In this document: positions 53,201 through 64,000 of the stretch, one piece after another | Layout of the letters: each line of letters opens with the position of its first letter | Numbering within the stretch: the stretch's first letter is position 1 | NCBI GenBank assembly: GCA_002633005.1 | Contig: NMRA01000132.1 | Coordinates: 664,882-728,881 of the forward strand | DNA: 64,000 nt | Direction of reading: 5' to 3' | Origin: Phoronis australis | Taxonomy: Eukaryota; Animalia; Phoronida | The notes under the pieces: generated by a model | What the model was told of the DNA's origin: nothing | Seen by the model: the letters and a program-made list of their open reading frames with translations, nothing else | Database searches by the model: none | Translations under genes and position numbers: made by a program

Positions 53201-56200
53201 ACAAATGTCATGCATTACAGACTGAAGGATGAACAGATGGTGTGTGACATCATAGATCAGCTGATTGTTTACCTGGAGAAGATTTCCTGTACCACAGAAG
53301 AGCTTTGTAGAGCCTACCTTATAAAAGTGGAGCATGTCTATTACAAGGTAAGGGTAAGACGGCCTCTGTTTACCTTTAGGCACGAATTTAACTTCAAATT
53401 TATATATCCGTGCTATGCTGTTTCAAGATCTCACAAACGGAACATACTTGAGAAAAGCACTTTGTTATGGATGTAAGACAAAGCTACGTTTTCACTTAAA
53501 ATGACACTAAACCCTGTTTTGATGATTTCAACCAATCCTCGTTGTGTCACCTGCTAATGGATCATTGGCGTCAATCTTGAAAGATATAGGTTGGAATCGA
53601 CTAAAAACTCCCTATCTCACAAATTGGATATTACGGTTGGTGGTGGGTGCTCTGTTCCCGCCATTGCCGTGTAATTCGGTAAAAGCATAGGTCTCACTTG
53701 CCCACTGAGCAGACTTTGAGAGGAGTCTTCAAATTTCCCTCCAAACTTTTGAGGGTTGTTGAAGGTTGAAGGTTGCTTTGTTTCAAAGCACTGGATGGGA
53801 AAATCTGTTAATAGACCTAAACTGGGTTTGGTATCATTTTAACCCAGTTGTGTTAAGCCTTTCACGATGAAATATGAGAATTTCTTTGAGTAGTTTATAT
53901 TTGTGTTTGTTTTTCCTGGCAGTTTGACAGCAAGACTCCCGAGGAGAGCAAAGAAATAGTTGATGAGAAATGCCAGTATATCTACACGCACGATAAGACA
54001 GACCGTATCCGTGCACAGGCCATTCTCTGTCACATATACCACAATGCGTTGCACGACCGCTGGTTCGAGGCACGTGACCTCATGTTAATGTCCCACCTAC
54101 AAGACACCATCCAGCACTCGGATGTACCAACGCAAGTATGAAACATTTGTGTTGACTCTGATTGTGTCTTACTAAAGTCAAGTAGAAAGTTTGATGTTTT
54201 AATTTGTCTGTGTGACGAATGACCTAGGAGGCTTTTACATGTTAAAACCTTGATACTCTGCGATACTATAGAATGAGCACCAATACCGTGTATTTTGAAA
54301 GCATGAGTTGTTGCCATTGTCGGCCAAAACTCGGTTATCTCCTATGATGATATCCACAGACCTGTCCTGATGTTTTGATGACAGATTACTTCTGAGGGGA
54401 TATGATCCTATAACTGGAAATGTGGTTGATCTTTCTGCTGAGATGTGTTGACTAGTTTGAAGTTCATAGTTCTTGTAAGCGTATTGACTTCTCTCTCTAC
54501 TCTTGTTGAAAAACATAGTATGATGACATGGTAGACTGTATTTGTCTCAACACGTTCCTTGACCTACATCAACTTCTTAAGTTCAATTTCTGTTTACTTG
54601 TCATATGACTTTGCATTAATCTTTGGACTTGTTGCTACAAATATTATGTGTTATGCGTGCTTGCGTGCACTAGTTTAGTAGTTCTATGGTGAAGAGTTGC
54701 TAAACACTGTGCAAATCAAAAATAAATCAATTTCCTGACTTTATGTTAATGAAAACGTAGTGTCCCCATCTCGGAGACTAATACAGATAGTCTGAAGCCG
54801 AAGTGCTGGCATGTCGCCATTGGCGGATTTGCATTATGCCACCGCTGGATGAGTAACAAACAGTCAATTAGTCACTAATGACTGTTTAGGTAGTTGACGA
54901 GGGACAGATGGCCTATTGTACATGTCATCATTGAAGTTCATATCGTTTCCCAGATCCTGTACAATCGCACTATGGTTCAGTTGGGTCTGTGCGCATTCCG
55001 CCAGGGCATGATCCGTGACGCACACAACTGTCTTGTAGACATACAGAGTGGAGGACGGGCCAAGGAGTTACTAGCACAGGTAAGAGGACATGTGATGCAG
55101 TTGCTCTTTAATGGAGAGCACTGCTGATGTGCAGGGAGGGGCTTCAGGTGCCTGTCCGCTGTCACTGAATTAGAATGACGTAATTGCTCTATTTTGTTGA
55201 CACATTCATTAAGTTCACCTTGGCACATGCAGCAATCTCTTTAGAGAAATGTTGTCAATTTGCTCACATATCCTGAAAAATCTTGCGCTTTTTATCACAA
55301 TGACCGTCGGGTATCTTGATATGCCAGTGGCAGAGAGCCTGCCAAAAATTAGCCCCGCTAACGTGGAGTTGAGTGGTTATTGCAGTAATGCTCTGGCTCT
55401 TCTCTCATTGTTCTATTTCATTGTGAATATGCCGACTAATGATGACAACCACTGAGCCTTTACTTCTGATGTTAAGTGAAGTTAAATGATAGGACTGAAG
55501 TCGGCAATTAGATTTAGATTTAGATTTTTTACTATTTATTGAATACGCAGCATGTAATACAGAAAATATGCAGCTTGTAATGTAGAAAAAAGTCAGCTGC
55601 GATATTGTAACGCATAAATACCTGTTATGTTAAATAATGGTGTGACTCGCATTCACACCACAAGCATGCAAGCTGCATGCATTACCTTATTGCAATGTTA
55701 TTCGTTGTCAACATAATTACACCTTTTCCATTTTTTTGAAAATATTCGATTTTTATAATGTTGTGTCTTGTTCGCCTGGATTGAATGAGAGAAAATCATG
55801 AAATAAGGAACTGAATTCAGTGACGGCGAAACAAAATTTTTTTTACAAAACTAATGAGTTGGCCACATAAGCCAATGAGTTTGTTGCTCAAAAATAGTCA
55901 TAGTGGGGAACAGCTGAGTGATTATTTGGAGCACTCGCTGGGCGACAACATCAAAAATCCCCATATCTTGCTGGATGGAACTCGTTCTGCATGATTGGCT
56001 GAGCGTCGCACAATATGTGATCAAAGTAGTAATATGTAGTTCAAAGGCCAAGAGAACTTCTAAGGAGACACATGGACGTAACTGGCTCATTAATGATGCC
56101 TTCTCTGCTGTAGTTGTGACCATATTCAGGGCTTGACGTAAACGAGTACACGGTTGAAAATACGAGTAGAAAAAGTAAAATACGAGCAGGAAATTTATTA

Positions 56201-59200
56201 TTTGAATGAGCACAACAGATTTTTTTGTTGTCACGTTTTACAACTCGAGTGCAAATTGAGTATGAGGTCACTCATGTTTCCGTGCGGGCATTTTCACCTG
56301 TGTTGAGCGCCTGTGTTTCACCCGTTATGTTCTCTATTTCAGGGTTTGTTATTGCAACGGCAACATGAGCGAACAGCTGAGCAGGAGAAGATTGAGAAGC
56401 GTCGTCAGATGCCATATCACATGCACATTAATTTAGAACTGTTGGAGTGTGCCTACCTGGTGTCGGCCATGTTGTTGGAGGTGCCCTATATAGCTGGTGA
56501 GTGTTGGCTACAGTAAGAACAATCTTTAGCTGGTTTTTAAACAGGTTTGCTGCACAAATCTTTCAAGTTGTTGGTCAGTGTTATGCTCGTTCTGTAACCC
56601 TCAGCCCTCTTTACTGTGATATTGAACTCCTGTCAAACAAGAGTAAAATGAGCCAGCCACTGGTGTAACCTAGTTACATAGTGTAATTGTTTGAAATTAT
56701 TAGTAGTAACTCACAAAACGATCTTAACAGTGTTATTAGCAAATACAAAGGTTTTTAAAGATGACAAATGGCTTAATCGGTAGTTTGCCATCTGAAAATA
56801 AGTTGCCTGTACCCGGTCTGTGTTTATTGGTTTTAAAAACGAGCAAAACTGTCAAACTCACATTGATTTAATAACATGATACACATTGTTTTGCAGACTT
56901 GTGATGAAAATTGACGAGCCTTTACTTCTGAGTTTTTCTGAAGTTAAATGATAGGACTGAAGTCTGCATTTGGAAAATGTTTCGTTGACATGGCAACGCG
57001 TTTTATGCCACGTTATTTCAATAATATACCTTTATAATTCGCCCGCAGCCCACGAATTGGACGCACGTCGACGAATGATTAGCAAATACTTCCACCATGT
57101 ACTGCGAGTGAGTGAGAGACAGACTCTAGTAGGTCAGCCAGAGAGTATGCGTGAACACGTGGTACAGGCGTCCAAGGCCATGAAGCGCGGCGACTGGCGT
57201 GCGTGTAAAGGCTACATTANTTGGGCCGTAAAAGTTTCAAAGTTTCCGCGTTTTTTGTCATTGGTCATTCCAAGCCCTGAAATTGAGCCAGCCACTGGTG
57301 TAATCTAGTTACATAGTGTAATTGTTTGAAATTATTAGCAGTAACTCACAAAACGATCTTAACAGTGTTATTAGCAAATTCAAAGGTTTTTAAAGATGAC
57401 AAATGGCTTAATCGGTAGTTTGCCATCTGAAAATAAGTTGCCTGTACCTGGTCTGTGTTTATGGCTTTTAAAAACGAGCAAAACTGTCAAATTCACATTG
57501 ATTTAATAACATGATACACATTGTTTTGCAGACTTGTGATGAAAATTGACGAGCCTTTACTTCTGAGTTTTTCTGAAGTTAAATGATAGGACTGAAGTCT
57601 GCGTTTGGAAAATGTTTCATTGATATAACAACGCGTTTTATGCCACGTTATTTCAATAATATACCTTTATAATTCGCCCGCAGCCCACGAATTGGACGCA
57701 CGTCGACGAATGATTAGCAAATACTTCCACCATGTACTGCGAGTGAGTGAGAGACAGACTCTAGTAGGTCAGCCAGAGAGTATGCGTGAACACGTGGTAC
57801 AGGCGTCCAAGGCCATGAAGCGCGGCGACTGGCGTGCGTGTAAAGGCTACATCATCAATGAGAAGATGAATGCTAAAGTGAGTTTTTGTCTGATAACCAT
57901 TACAAGTGATAAGATTCCCTTGTGAAAACTGCAGTACTTGATACCCCTTGGTAACAGTTAATCAGTTCTATTGAATGCAAAACCATTTTGATCATCCAGG
58001 GTTTGGAATTTTCTTTTTTTAAGAGGATTTCCTCTTTTTAATTTCGATTTTCTCTTCTAGTTTTCTCTTTTCGTCACTTTTTATCATTATTTTGACTTTA
58101 ATCATGCAGAAACGTATATTTCAGATAAATTTTACTACATACAAAACATTTCTATCACACAAGCGTATTTATTTGTGGAACGATACATCACGTGGAAATT
58201 TTTCCTCGTTTTTGTCATTAGTCATTCCAAGCCATGTTTACCAGAACAAACTGAAACCAGGTAGGAAGTATAAGTGCCTCAGAATGTCATGGATCTCATT
58301 GTGATTGTGCTGACTAATGATGACAACCACTGAGCCTTTGTGTCCGACAATCAGTGACGTTGAATGATAGGACTGAAGTCAGCTGTTGGATAAAACAATT
58401 TGACCCTATTATGGCCAAAAACTGATGTAAAAAAAATCTAGCTACTAAACATCACAGGTCGTTCTGTACCAGGTCTGATAAAGTAACTTACCAAATGGAA
58501 TGAGCAAAAAGTAGTGAAATCGACAACATTTATTTCTGATGGATAAGGAATGATCCTCTGCCCTCGCCTACTGTTTCATTCATTTTCCGTCTTAAAAGCT
58601 CGCGTTGTATGGCAAAGTTGTACGCCGGAGAGAACTGGAAGCGCCACTTTAACTGACTCACTAATCATTTCAGTTGTGTTATATTTATATTTAGTATTGA
58701 GTGGAATCACTGATTGCCTGGATCAATATTACATGACCTCTCATCTCTGACTGACTTAACTGAGCTTGTTCCCCGTCTCTCATGCAAGGTGTGGGACCTG
58801 TTCTATGAGAGTGACCGCGTGCGTTCTATGATCGTGGACAAGATACAGGAGGAGAGCCTACGTACCTACATGTTTTCCTACAGCAGCGTCTACGACTCGA
58901 TCAGCATGCTTACATTGGCCGAAATGTTTGAGCTTGACAAGTCTGTTGTTCACTCTATCATCAGTAAGATGATCATCAATGAAGAGCTAATGGTACGTGT
59001 TGGGGCTGTTGTTAATGTATTGTGTCGTATTACGTAGTATTGTATTATACAGGGCTTGGAATTTTCCGCGGAAACACGGATTTCCGCTTTTTTCAAATGT
59101 GCTTTCCGCTTTTTTCAAATGTGCTTTCCGCTTTTTTTATAATATTTCCGTGTAAAAAAATCGGATTTGATATAAAATTTCCGCGGCAAATTCCTTTCTT

Positions 59201-62200
59201 ACCGCGGCGTTGCAGACGACGTTCACCTCGAAAAGCGGAAGTTGCCGTTGCTCTTTATGTTTTGGAGGAATGTAATTTGTCAACATTGCCGGGGCATCTG
59301 GGACAGTGTGGTGTGATTTTCAATGGCGTCTCGTGTTATTGTTAAGCGCGGCGACAAATACTGCCGCTCTGCAGCCAAAAATGTGTGGGTTGGGAGTGGA
59401 TGGGCGAGCTAAAAGGACGCAGACGCATGCTTCTGATGGTGGTAACCTTTTTTTTTAGTCCTCCCGATTTTTGTCGGGGAAAGATTCACATTAGCCATTT
59501 CAAGGCTGGTTATCGAATTTGGGCCGTAAAAGTTTCTAAGTTTCCGCGTTTTTGTCATAGGTCATTCCAAGCCCTGATTATATTACTCAACCTTGTCATA
59601 TTGCATTATATTACACTATATTACACTATGTGTCATATTTCACAGTATTACACCTTGTCATTTGGCATTGTATTATAAAATTTATTGGGCGGAGTGTTTC
59701 AAAAAGATGAAATGCTTTAATTATGCAATCGTGATATTGTGCAGCAGTTGGTAGGCAAAAATAGAAGTAATCACATGGCTAGTGACAATTTAGTGAACCT
59801 GTTGTTATTTTGTTGTTTAACTAACCTGTTGTTATTTTGTTGTTTAACTAGCCTGTTGTTATTTTGTTGTTTAACTAGCCTGTTGCCAGTGTAAACAGTA
59901 GTGGTTTCATGTAACTTCCTCCCTGGATTGTATATTTATGCTGCATTGTATTTGACTCACACTGTATTTGGTTGGTGTCATGTCCGTTGCTATCCATTTT
60001 AGATTTGTGCTTTGATTCATTGGGCCATGAATAGTCATAACTCCCATGGCATCGTTACCTAAATCCCTATTGAGTATTAAAATATTGCCTATTGAATGGC
60101 ACATGGTCTAATATCACTTGTTGAGGTCACTGATGACTCCAGGTGACACTTAACTCATTGCCATGTGTGTCTATTGAATGCTGGTTGATGATGACCCATT
60201 CTGAGCCTATTTTCTGATTTTACCTGAGGTTGAATGATAGGACTGAGACCAGCGGGCATGTTTAGAAGCCTGATATAACGTGGTCATATTTTGAGAACCA
60301 GTTTATGCTCATTATTCAGTGGAGAAAACTGGTTCTCAAAATGCAGGCACGTTTTATTACTGTCAAGCGTGAATGCATGTTACATGGAAGATCAACTATT
60401 TAGGCACACACTGGCACTTCTTTTTGAAAATTTTCTCCCTAACGTTACTGTTGTTGTTTATTTGTCTATTGGATGTTGTTTGCAGGCATCACTAGACGAA
60501 CCTACTATGACAGTCATGATGCACCGTACAGAGCCTAGTCGACTACAGTCACTAGCCCTGCAGCTGTCTGAAAAAGTGTCTAACCTAGTCGACAATAATG
60601 AGCGAATGATGGAGATGAGGTCGGGCACGTACTTTTACCAGAAACAAGGTGAGAACCCCTTTGAACAAAAGTTAGCCTTCAATTTTTAACATAAAATGTT
60701 AATTATGTTCGTTTCGTTTATGTGAAGTTGTGGCCTTACAGAACAGTTCCTGGTGTGATTTGATGACTGTATGATGATTTACACAGACCTGTACTGAATG
60801 AAAACTGAAGACAGGTTATGTAATCTGAGAAAATCGTTTTCAGCAATCGTAGGGAACAAGTGAATGTCTTTAACACTAACGAATGCCCTGGGACAGGGAA
60901 CAAAACTTGTTAGGTGTATGTATTTTTGAGTTTATTCACTGGGGCCTTGTTGATTGCCCGGTGCGTTCCTACAGGTGGAGGTCAACAGAATTATCAACAA
61001 AATCAAGACAAGCAACAGTGGGGTAAGAAAGAGAACCAACAACAGTGGCAGAAGAAGGATGGACAGCAGTGGAGTGAGTAGCATTATGTGGTCGCCTTTA
61101 TTAACTTCTTTTTTCAGATATTTATTATCATCAATGAACAAATACAAAAACAAATAAGTACATCCATTCATTAATGCGTGCACACCTCAGGAGAGGCCAT
61201 TCTCGTATCTCGTATAAAGTAAACAACTGCTACGATGAATTAACTTCAACAATAAAATTTTCCCATTTCCCAGAGAAACTGTCACACACCAAATTTTTAT
61301 ACGCAGTTAATTTTTCAGCATCATTGTACTCATAAATATATGTAACAAACTTGTGAATGGTATATTTTTGGTACAAGTTTGTAAGTGTACGGTTTGGCTA
61401 GTAATAGCAAAATGTTAAATAGAAAATGATGTGTCTCATAAAGTCAAAAAATAACACATTTGTAATTGTAAGAGAGACAGTTGGAAAGCTGAATGAGACA
61501 CGTTTGAAATATTTTTCTTTGCCTTCTTTATGCGCTCATCTTCTTGTTAATGAGGACGACTTGTGTGCTATTGAGTTTACACTTGCCAGCAATAGTCTGA
61601 TATAACGTGCCCACATTTTGAGAACCAGCTCGATGCCCGTTATTCAGTGGACAAAACTGGTTCTCAACCGATCACTCACTTGTCTCGAACAGTCAGGGCT
61701 TGGAATTTTCCGCGGAAACGCGGATTTCCGCTTTTTTCAAATGTGGTTTTCACTTTTTTTATAATATTTCCGCGTAAAAAATTGGATCTGATATAAAATT
61801 TCCGCGGCAAATTCCTTTCTTACCGCGGCGTTGCAGACGGCGTTCACCTCGAAAAGCGGAAGTTGCTCTTTATGTTTCGGAGGAACGTAAATTGTCAACA
61901 TTGTCGGGGCATCTGGGACAGCGTGGTGGGATTTTCAATGGCGTCTCGTGTTGTTGTAAACCGCGGCGACAAATACTGCAGCTTTGCAGCCACAAATGTG
62001 TGGGTTGGGAGTGGGCGGACGAGCTAAAAGGGCGCAGACGCATGCTACTGATGGTGGTAACTTTTTTTTTTTATTTTTTTTTTAGTCCTCCCGATTTTTG
62101 TAGGGGAAAGGTTCACATCGACCATTTGAAGGCTGGGTAGCGCGCATGATTTGGGCCGTAAAGTTTCCGCGTTTTTTGTCATTGGTCATTCCAAGCCCTG

Positions 62201-62288
62201 TTATCTGAACACGTGTGCTTATCTGATCATATGCTTTGTGTTCATTTCAGGTCGGAGTCGGAACTATAGGCAACAGAGGGCGTACTAG
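46459..62288 (+). CDS. EIF3C: Eukaryotic translation initiation factor 3 subunit C. 18 coding exons: 46459-46550, 47020-47168, 47791-47903, 48308-48433, 50102-50135, 50479-50692, 50931-51060, 51644-51906, 52720-52932, 53221-53347, 53923-54135, 54954-55079, 56343-56496, 57684-57877, 58789-58992, 60486-60648, 60975-61073, 62251-62288
   Basis: Translation has [78 protein letters not shown] and the PCI domain [34 protein letters not shown] junctions are in frame through TAG at 62286-62288. Confidence 0.95.
47643..47716 (+). ncRNA. Box C/D snoRNA family 2 (EIF3C intron 2)
   Basis: Terminal stem tgggct/agccca, C ATGATGA at 47650, D' CTGA, guide AATGATAGGA, D CTGA at 47707. Confidence 0.85.
48456..49633. 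mobile_element. PIF/Harbinger-like MITE (spans a gap)
   Basis: TIR GGGCTGTTCCAG/CTGGAACAGCCC with TGA on both flanks. Confidence 0.75.
51944..52542. repeat. ~298-bp direct duplication joined at a single N (assembly overlap)
   Basis: 51944-52241 is repeated at 52245-52542 with a few SNPs. Confidence 0.85.
52565..52625 (+). ncRNA. SNORD25: SNORD25/snR56-like box C/D snoRNA (intron 8)
   Basis: C ATGATGA; guide CACAGACCTGT before D' CTGA is complementary to 18S ACAGGUCUGUG; C' TGATGA; D CTGA at 52618. Confidence 0.85.
53076..53138 (+). ncRNA. SNORD25: SNORD25-like box C/D snoRNA (intron 9)
   Basis: Stem tctcc/ggaga, variant C ATGACGA, guide CACAGACCTGT-c-CTGA, variant D CCGA. Confidence 0.8.
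54338..54400 (+). ncRNA. SNORD25: SNORD25-like box C/D snoRNA (intron 11)
   Basis: Stem tctcc/gggga, C ATGATGA at 54344, guide CACAGACCTGT, D CTGA at 54392. Confidence 0.88.
55431..55505 (+). ncRNA. Box C/D snoRNA family 2 (intron 12)
   Basis: Stem gccgact/agtcggc, C ATGATGA, GAGCC, guide AATGATAGGA, D CTGA at 55495. Confidence 0.88.
56646..57853. repeat. Haplotype duplication of intron 13 and exon 14 (56646-57219 vs 57280-57853) joined at a single N
   Basis: Exon 14 occurs twice (from 57049, truncated at the N; 57684-57877, complete). The second copy is preceded by a transposon end. Confidence 0.85.
56892..56968 (+). ncRNA. Box C/D snoRNA family 2 (intron 13; allelic duplicate at 57527-57602)
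   Basis: Stem tgcagact/agtctgca, C GTGATGA, GAGCC, guide AATGATAGGA, D CTGA at 56957. Confidence 0.88.
58309..58383 (+). ncRNA. Box C/D snoRNA family 2 (intron 14)
   Basis: Stem gctgact/agtcagc, C ATGATGA at 58317, GAGCC, guide AATGATAGGA, D CTGA at 58373. Confidence 0.88.
59050..59576 (+). mobile_element. CAGGGCTTGGAAT-TIR element with 6-bp TSD ATTATA
   Basis: Full TIRs; attata lies immediately on both sides. Confidence 0.85.
59795..59886. repeat. 27-bp tandem repeat x ~3
   Basis: aRcctgttgttattttgttgtttaact repeated. Confidence 0.85.
60180..60253 (+). ncRNA. Box C/D snoRNA family 2 (intron 15)
   Basis: Stem gctggt/accagc, C ATGATGA, GAGCC, guide AATGATAGGA, D CTGA at 60243. Confidence 0.85.
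60766..60832 (+). ncRNA. SNORD25: SNORD25-like box C/D snoRNA (intron 16)
   Basis: C ATGATGA at 60771, guide CACAGACCTGT-a-CTGA, C' TGAAGA, D CTGA at 60825. Confidence 0.82.
61694..62200 (+). mobile_element. CAGGGCTTGGAAT-TIR element (third full copy)
   Basis: Full TIRs and colinear with 59050-59576; no matching TSD visible. Confidence 0.8.
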
Positions 62289-64000
62289 GGCTTCTTGTAA
62301 TTAACATTAATATTAATTACCCAACGGCCTTACCTCCGATCACTGGATGCTAAAATCACCAAACTGACACACTCTCGCTCAACTTTAGAGGGCGTGACCT
62401 TCGAACTGCATTTTGGTCCATATAGTGCAGCTGTTTCTGAGCAAGTGTTGGAGTGACTGACATGTTTTTACAATACAGCTTATTTATTTGACAATGTTAT
62501 GGTGTGGACATTGTATTGTTCACAGGTATCCTTGGCTGCCTCTCAATTATGTGCAAGGAACTTGTGTTTGATGGGTTACATTGACTATTAGAAGAAAGGT
62601 TTTGTTTCTGGCTAGAGGGAAGCCCACCGCATCTTAAAGGCATATTGTCATTTTCATGGCAGAAAATTCATTTTTGGGATTTTTGATTTTGACAAACCCT
62701 GTGAAGTTATTAACTTTGTCCAGAGCTTTGAAATTAAAATCCGTTGTGTTTTATTTTATCACAAATCGCCAGTTGTAGCTGTCACCTGCCAAGACTAATA
62801 AGCAGTTAAATATTAAATTCCCTGCCATTTATCAAGTGGGATTTAGCTTTGCTAGCAGAACATTTGACTGTGACTGCCAATGTTCTAAGTTTGAATCTGC
62901 ACTGGGGGTGGTCTCTGAAAACTACTTTTCTAGCCAATAGTGTTGCTTTAAGGCTTGTAAGTAGGTTTAAACCTAGCTGTAGTGAAACAGGCCACTTGTT
63001 CATCTGTTTTTGATGATTGAGTCTAGTAAGTCAGTGATACAGGTCAAAAATAGTCTTGCCCATTATGGTTCATTGTTCCAGCTTCCATGATGGTGAAATT
63101 TGTTTGTGTCAAGCTATGTTGATCTTTTTGTCCGAATAATTTTATGGTGTTCTGCACATAACCATTTGTCAAATTAGTACTCTTTATCCTGTTAAATTAT
63201 GTGTTTAACTTGAGTATTTAAATGTGCAGTCATTCAGCTAGTGGTTGTACTGGGAGTTGACTATCTCGTGTAAGGTTGTATTATTGAATGGGTGGATTAA
63301 AGTATACCCTTAAATTTTGTGTTGTTTTGTTTCTGTTATGGTATTGGTTTTCACTGCACCTAGTGGTGTTGTAAAACAGACCCATGAATGGGGCTCTAAA
63401 CATAGGCGCAAAAAAAGATAAAACAGGAAGAGCGTAGGGAATTGTTGAGTTTATTAATTTGCCCCGGTAATTAAAATTATAAGGATGAAAAAGATTTAAA
63501 TGTGTGCAGTTTTAGTGTTGGGGGGGGCTCAGATCCAATTTTAAGTGTGAAATTCGGAACACGGCGCATTCGTTACGGAACTATGGCTAGGTTTAGGCTC
63601 TCCCGCGATGTCCGAGGCGACCGGCAGCGGCGCTGGGCACTACGACTCCGTTTCCATCGTCTGCTCCACTGTGCAATGAAGAAAATTTACTTCATTTTTT
63701 TAAGAAAATGGAACCTGAATGACGATGAAAAAACAAAAGCTTCTGGTAAGATGTAAATTTTAATCGAAGCCTTAGTGAATCACTCAGAAACTCATTAATT
63801 CTCTCTTTGTCAAACCTTAACTTAAGACGATTTCCAAAGCAATCCCGTTATTATTGCCAACACGAAAAACGGATTTGGTCTTTTGGGCATTTGAAGACTA
63901 TTTTAAATACAACAAATTTGTTAAGAACCGATTGCACAAAATATAAAACGTGTAATAAGCATTACAAAAAGAAGTAGGTTTCGCGCGCAAACGCTGTGGA

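Noticed and set aside
57049-57877. Mutually exclusive duplicated EIF3C exon 14
   Set aside because: The copies are essentially identical and the first is cut at a single N, which indicates haplotype overlap.
63500-63756. Start of another gene near the window end
   Set aside because: A CpG-rich patch and a donor-like g|gtaag are present, but there is no recognisable protein and no downstream exon is visible.

Overview
Eukaryotic, intron-rich animal genomic DNA (AT-rich, probably an invertebrate; species not determinable here), with N-gaps and signs of uncollapsed haplotypes. Four spliced genes can be built from GT-AG sites and frame continuity. These are two tandem epsilon-type 14-3-3 genes (+; 816-4702 and 10002-13632, neither with a convincing first coding exon in the window), FTSJ3/SPB1 rRNA methyltransferase (-; 19 coding exons, 38863-18835) and, head-to-head with it, EIF3C (+; 18 coding exons, 46459-62288). 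The main hidden content is that the EIF3C introns carry an expanded array of box C/D snoRNAs of two families. Four are SNORD25/snR56-like copies (18S Gm1490/Gm1428 guide). Five or more belong to a family I cannot name, with the D-guide AATGATAGGA plus a conserved GAGCC; together these pair with the 28S peptidyl-transferase region, or alternatively with U2 A48. Other content: several non-autonomous DNA transposons (a Kolobok-like element with a decayed THAP domain, a family with 6-bp target-site duplications, and PIF-, MULE-, hAT- and HINE-like elements), three minisatellites each starting right at an FTSJ3 splice donor, and an inverted copy of the FTSJ3 SAM-motif exon fragment. No CRISPR or prokaryotic system is present. 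All calls are by eye; no searches were run.
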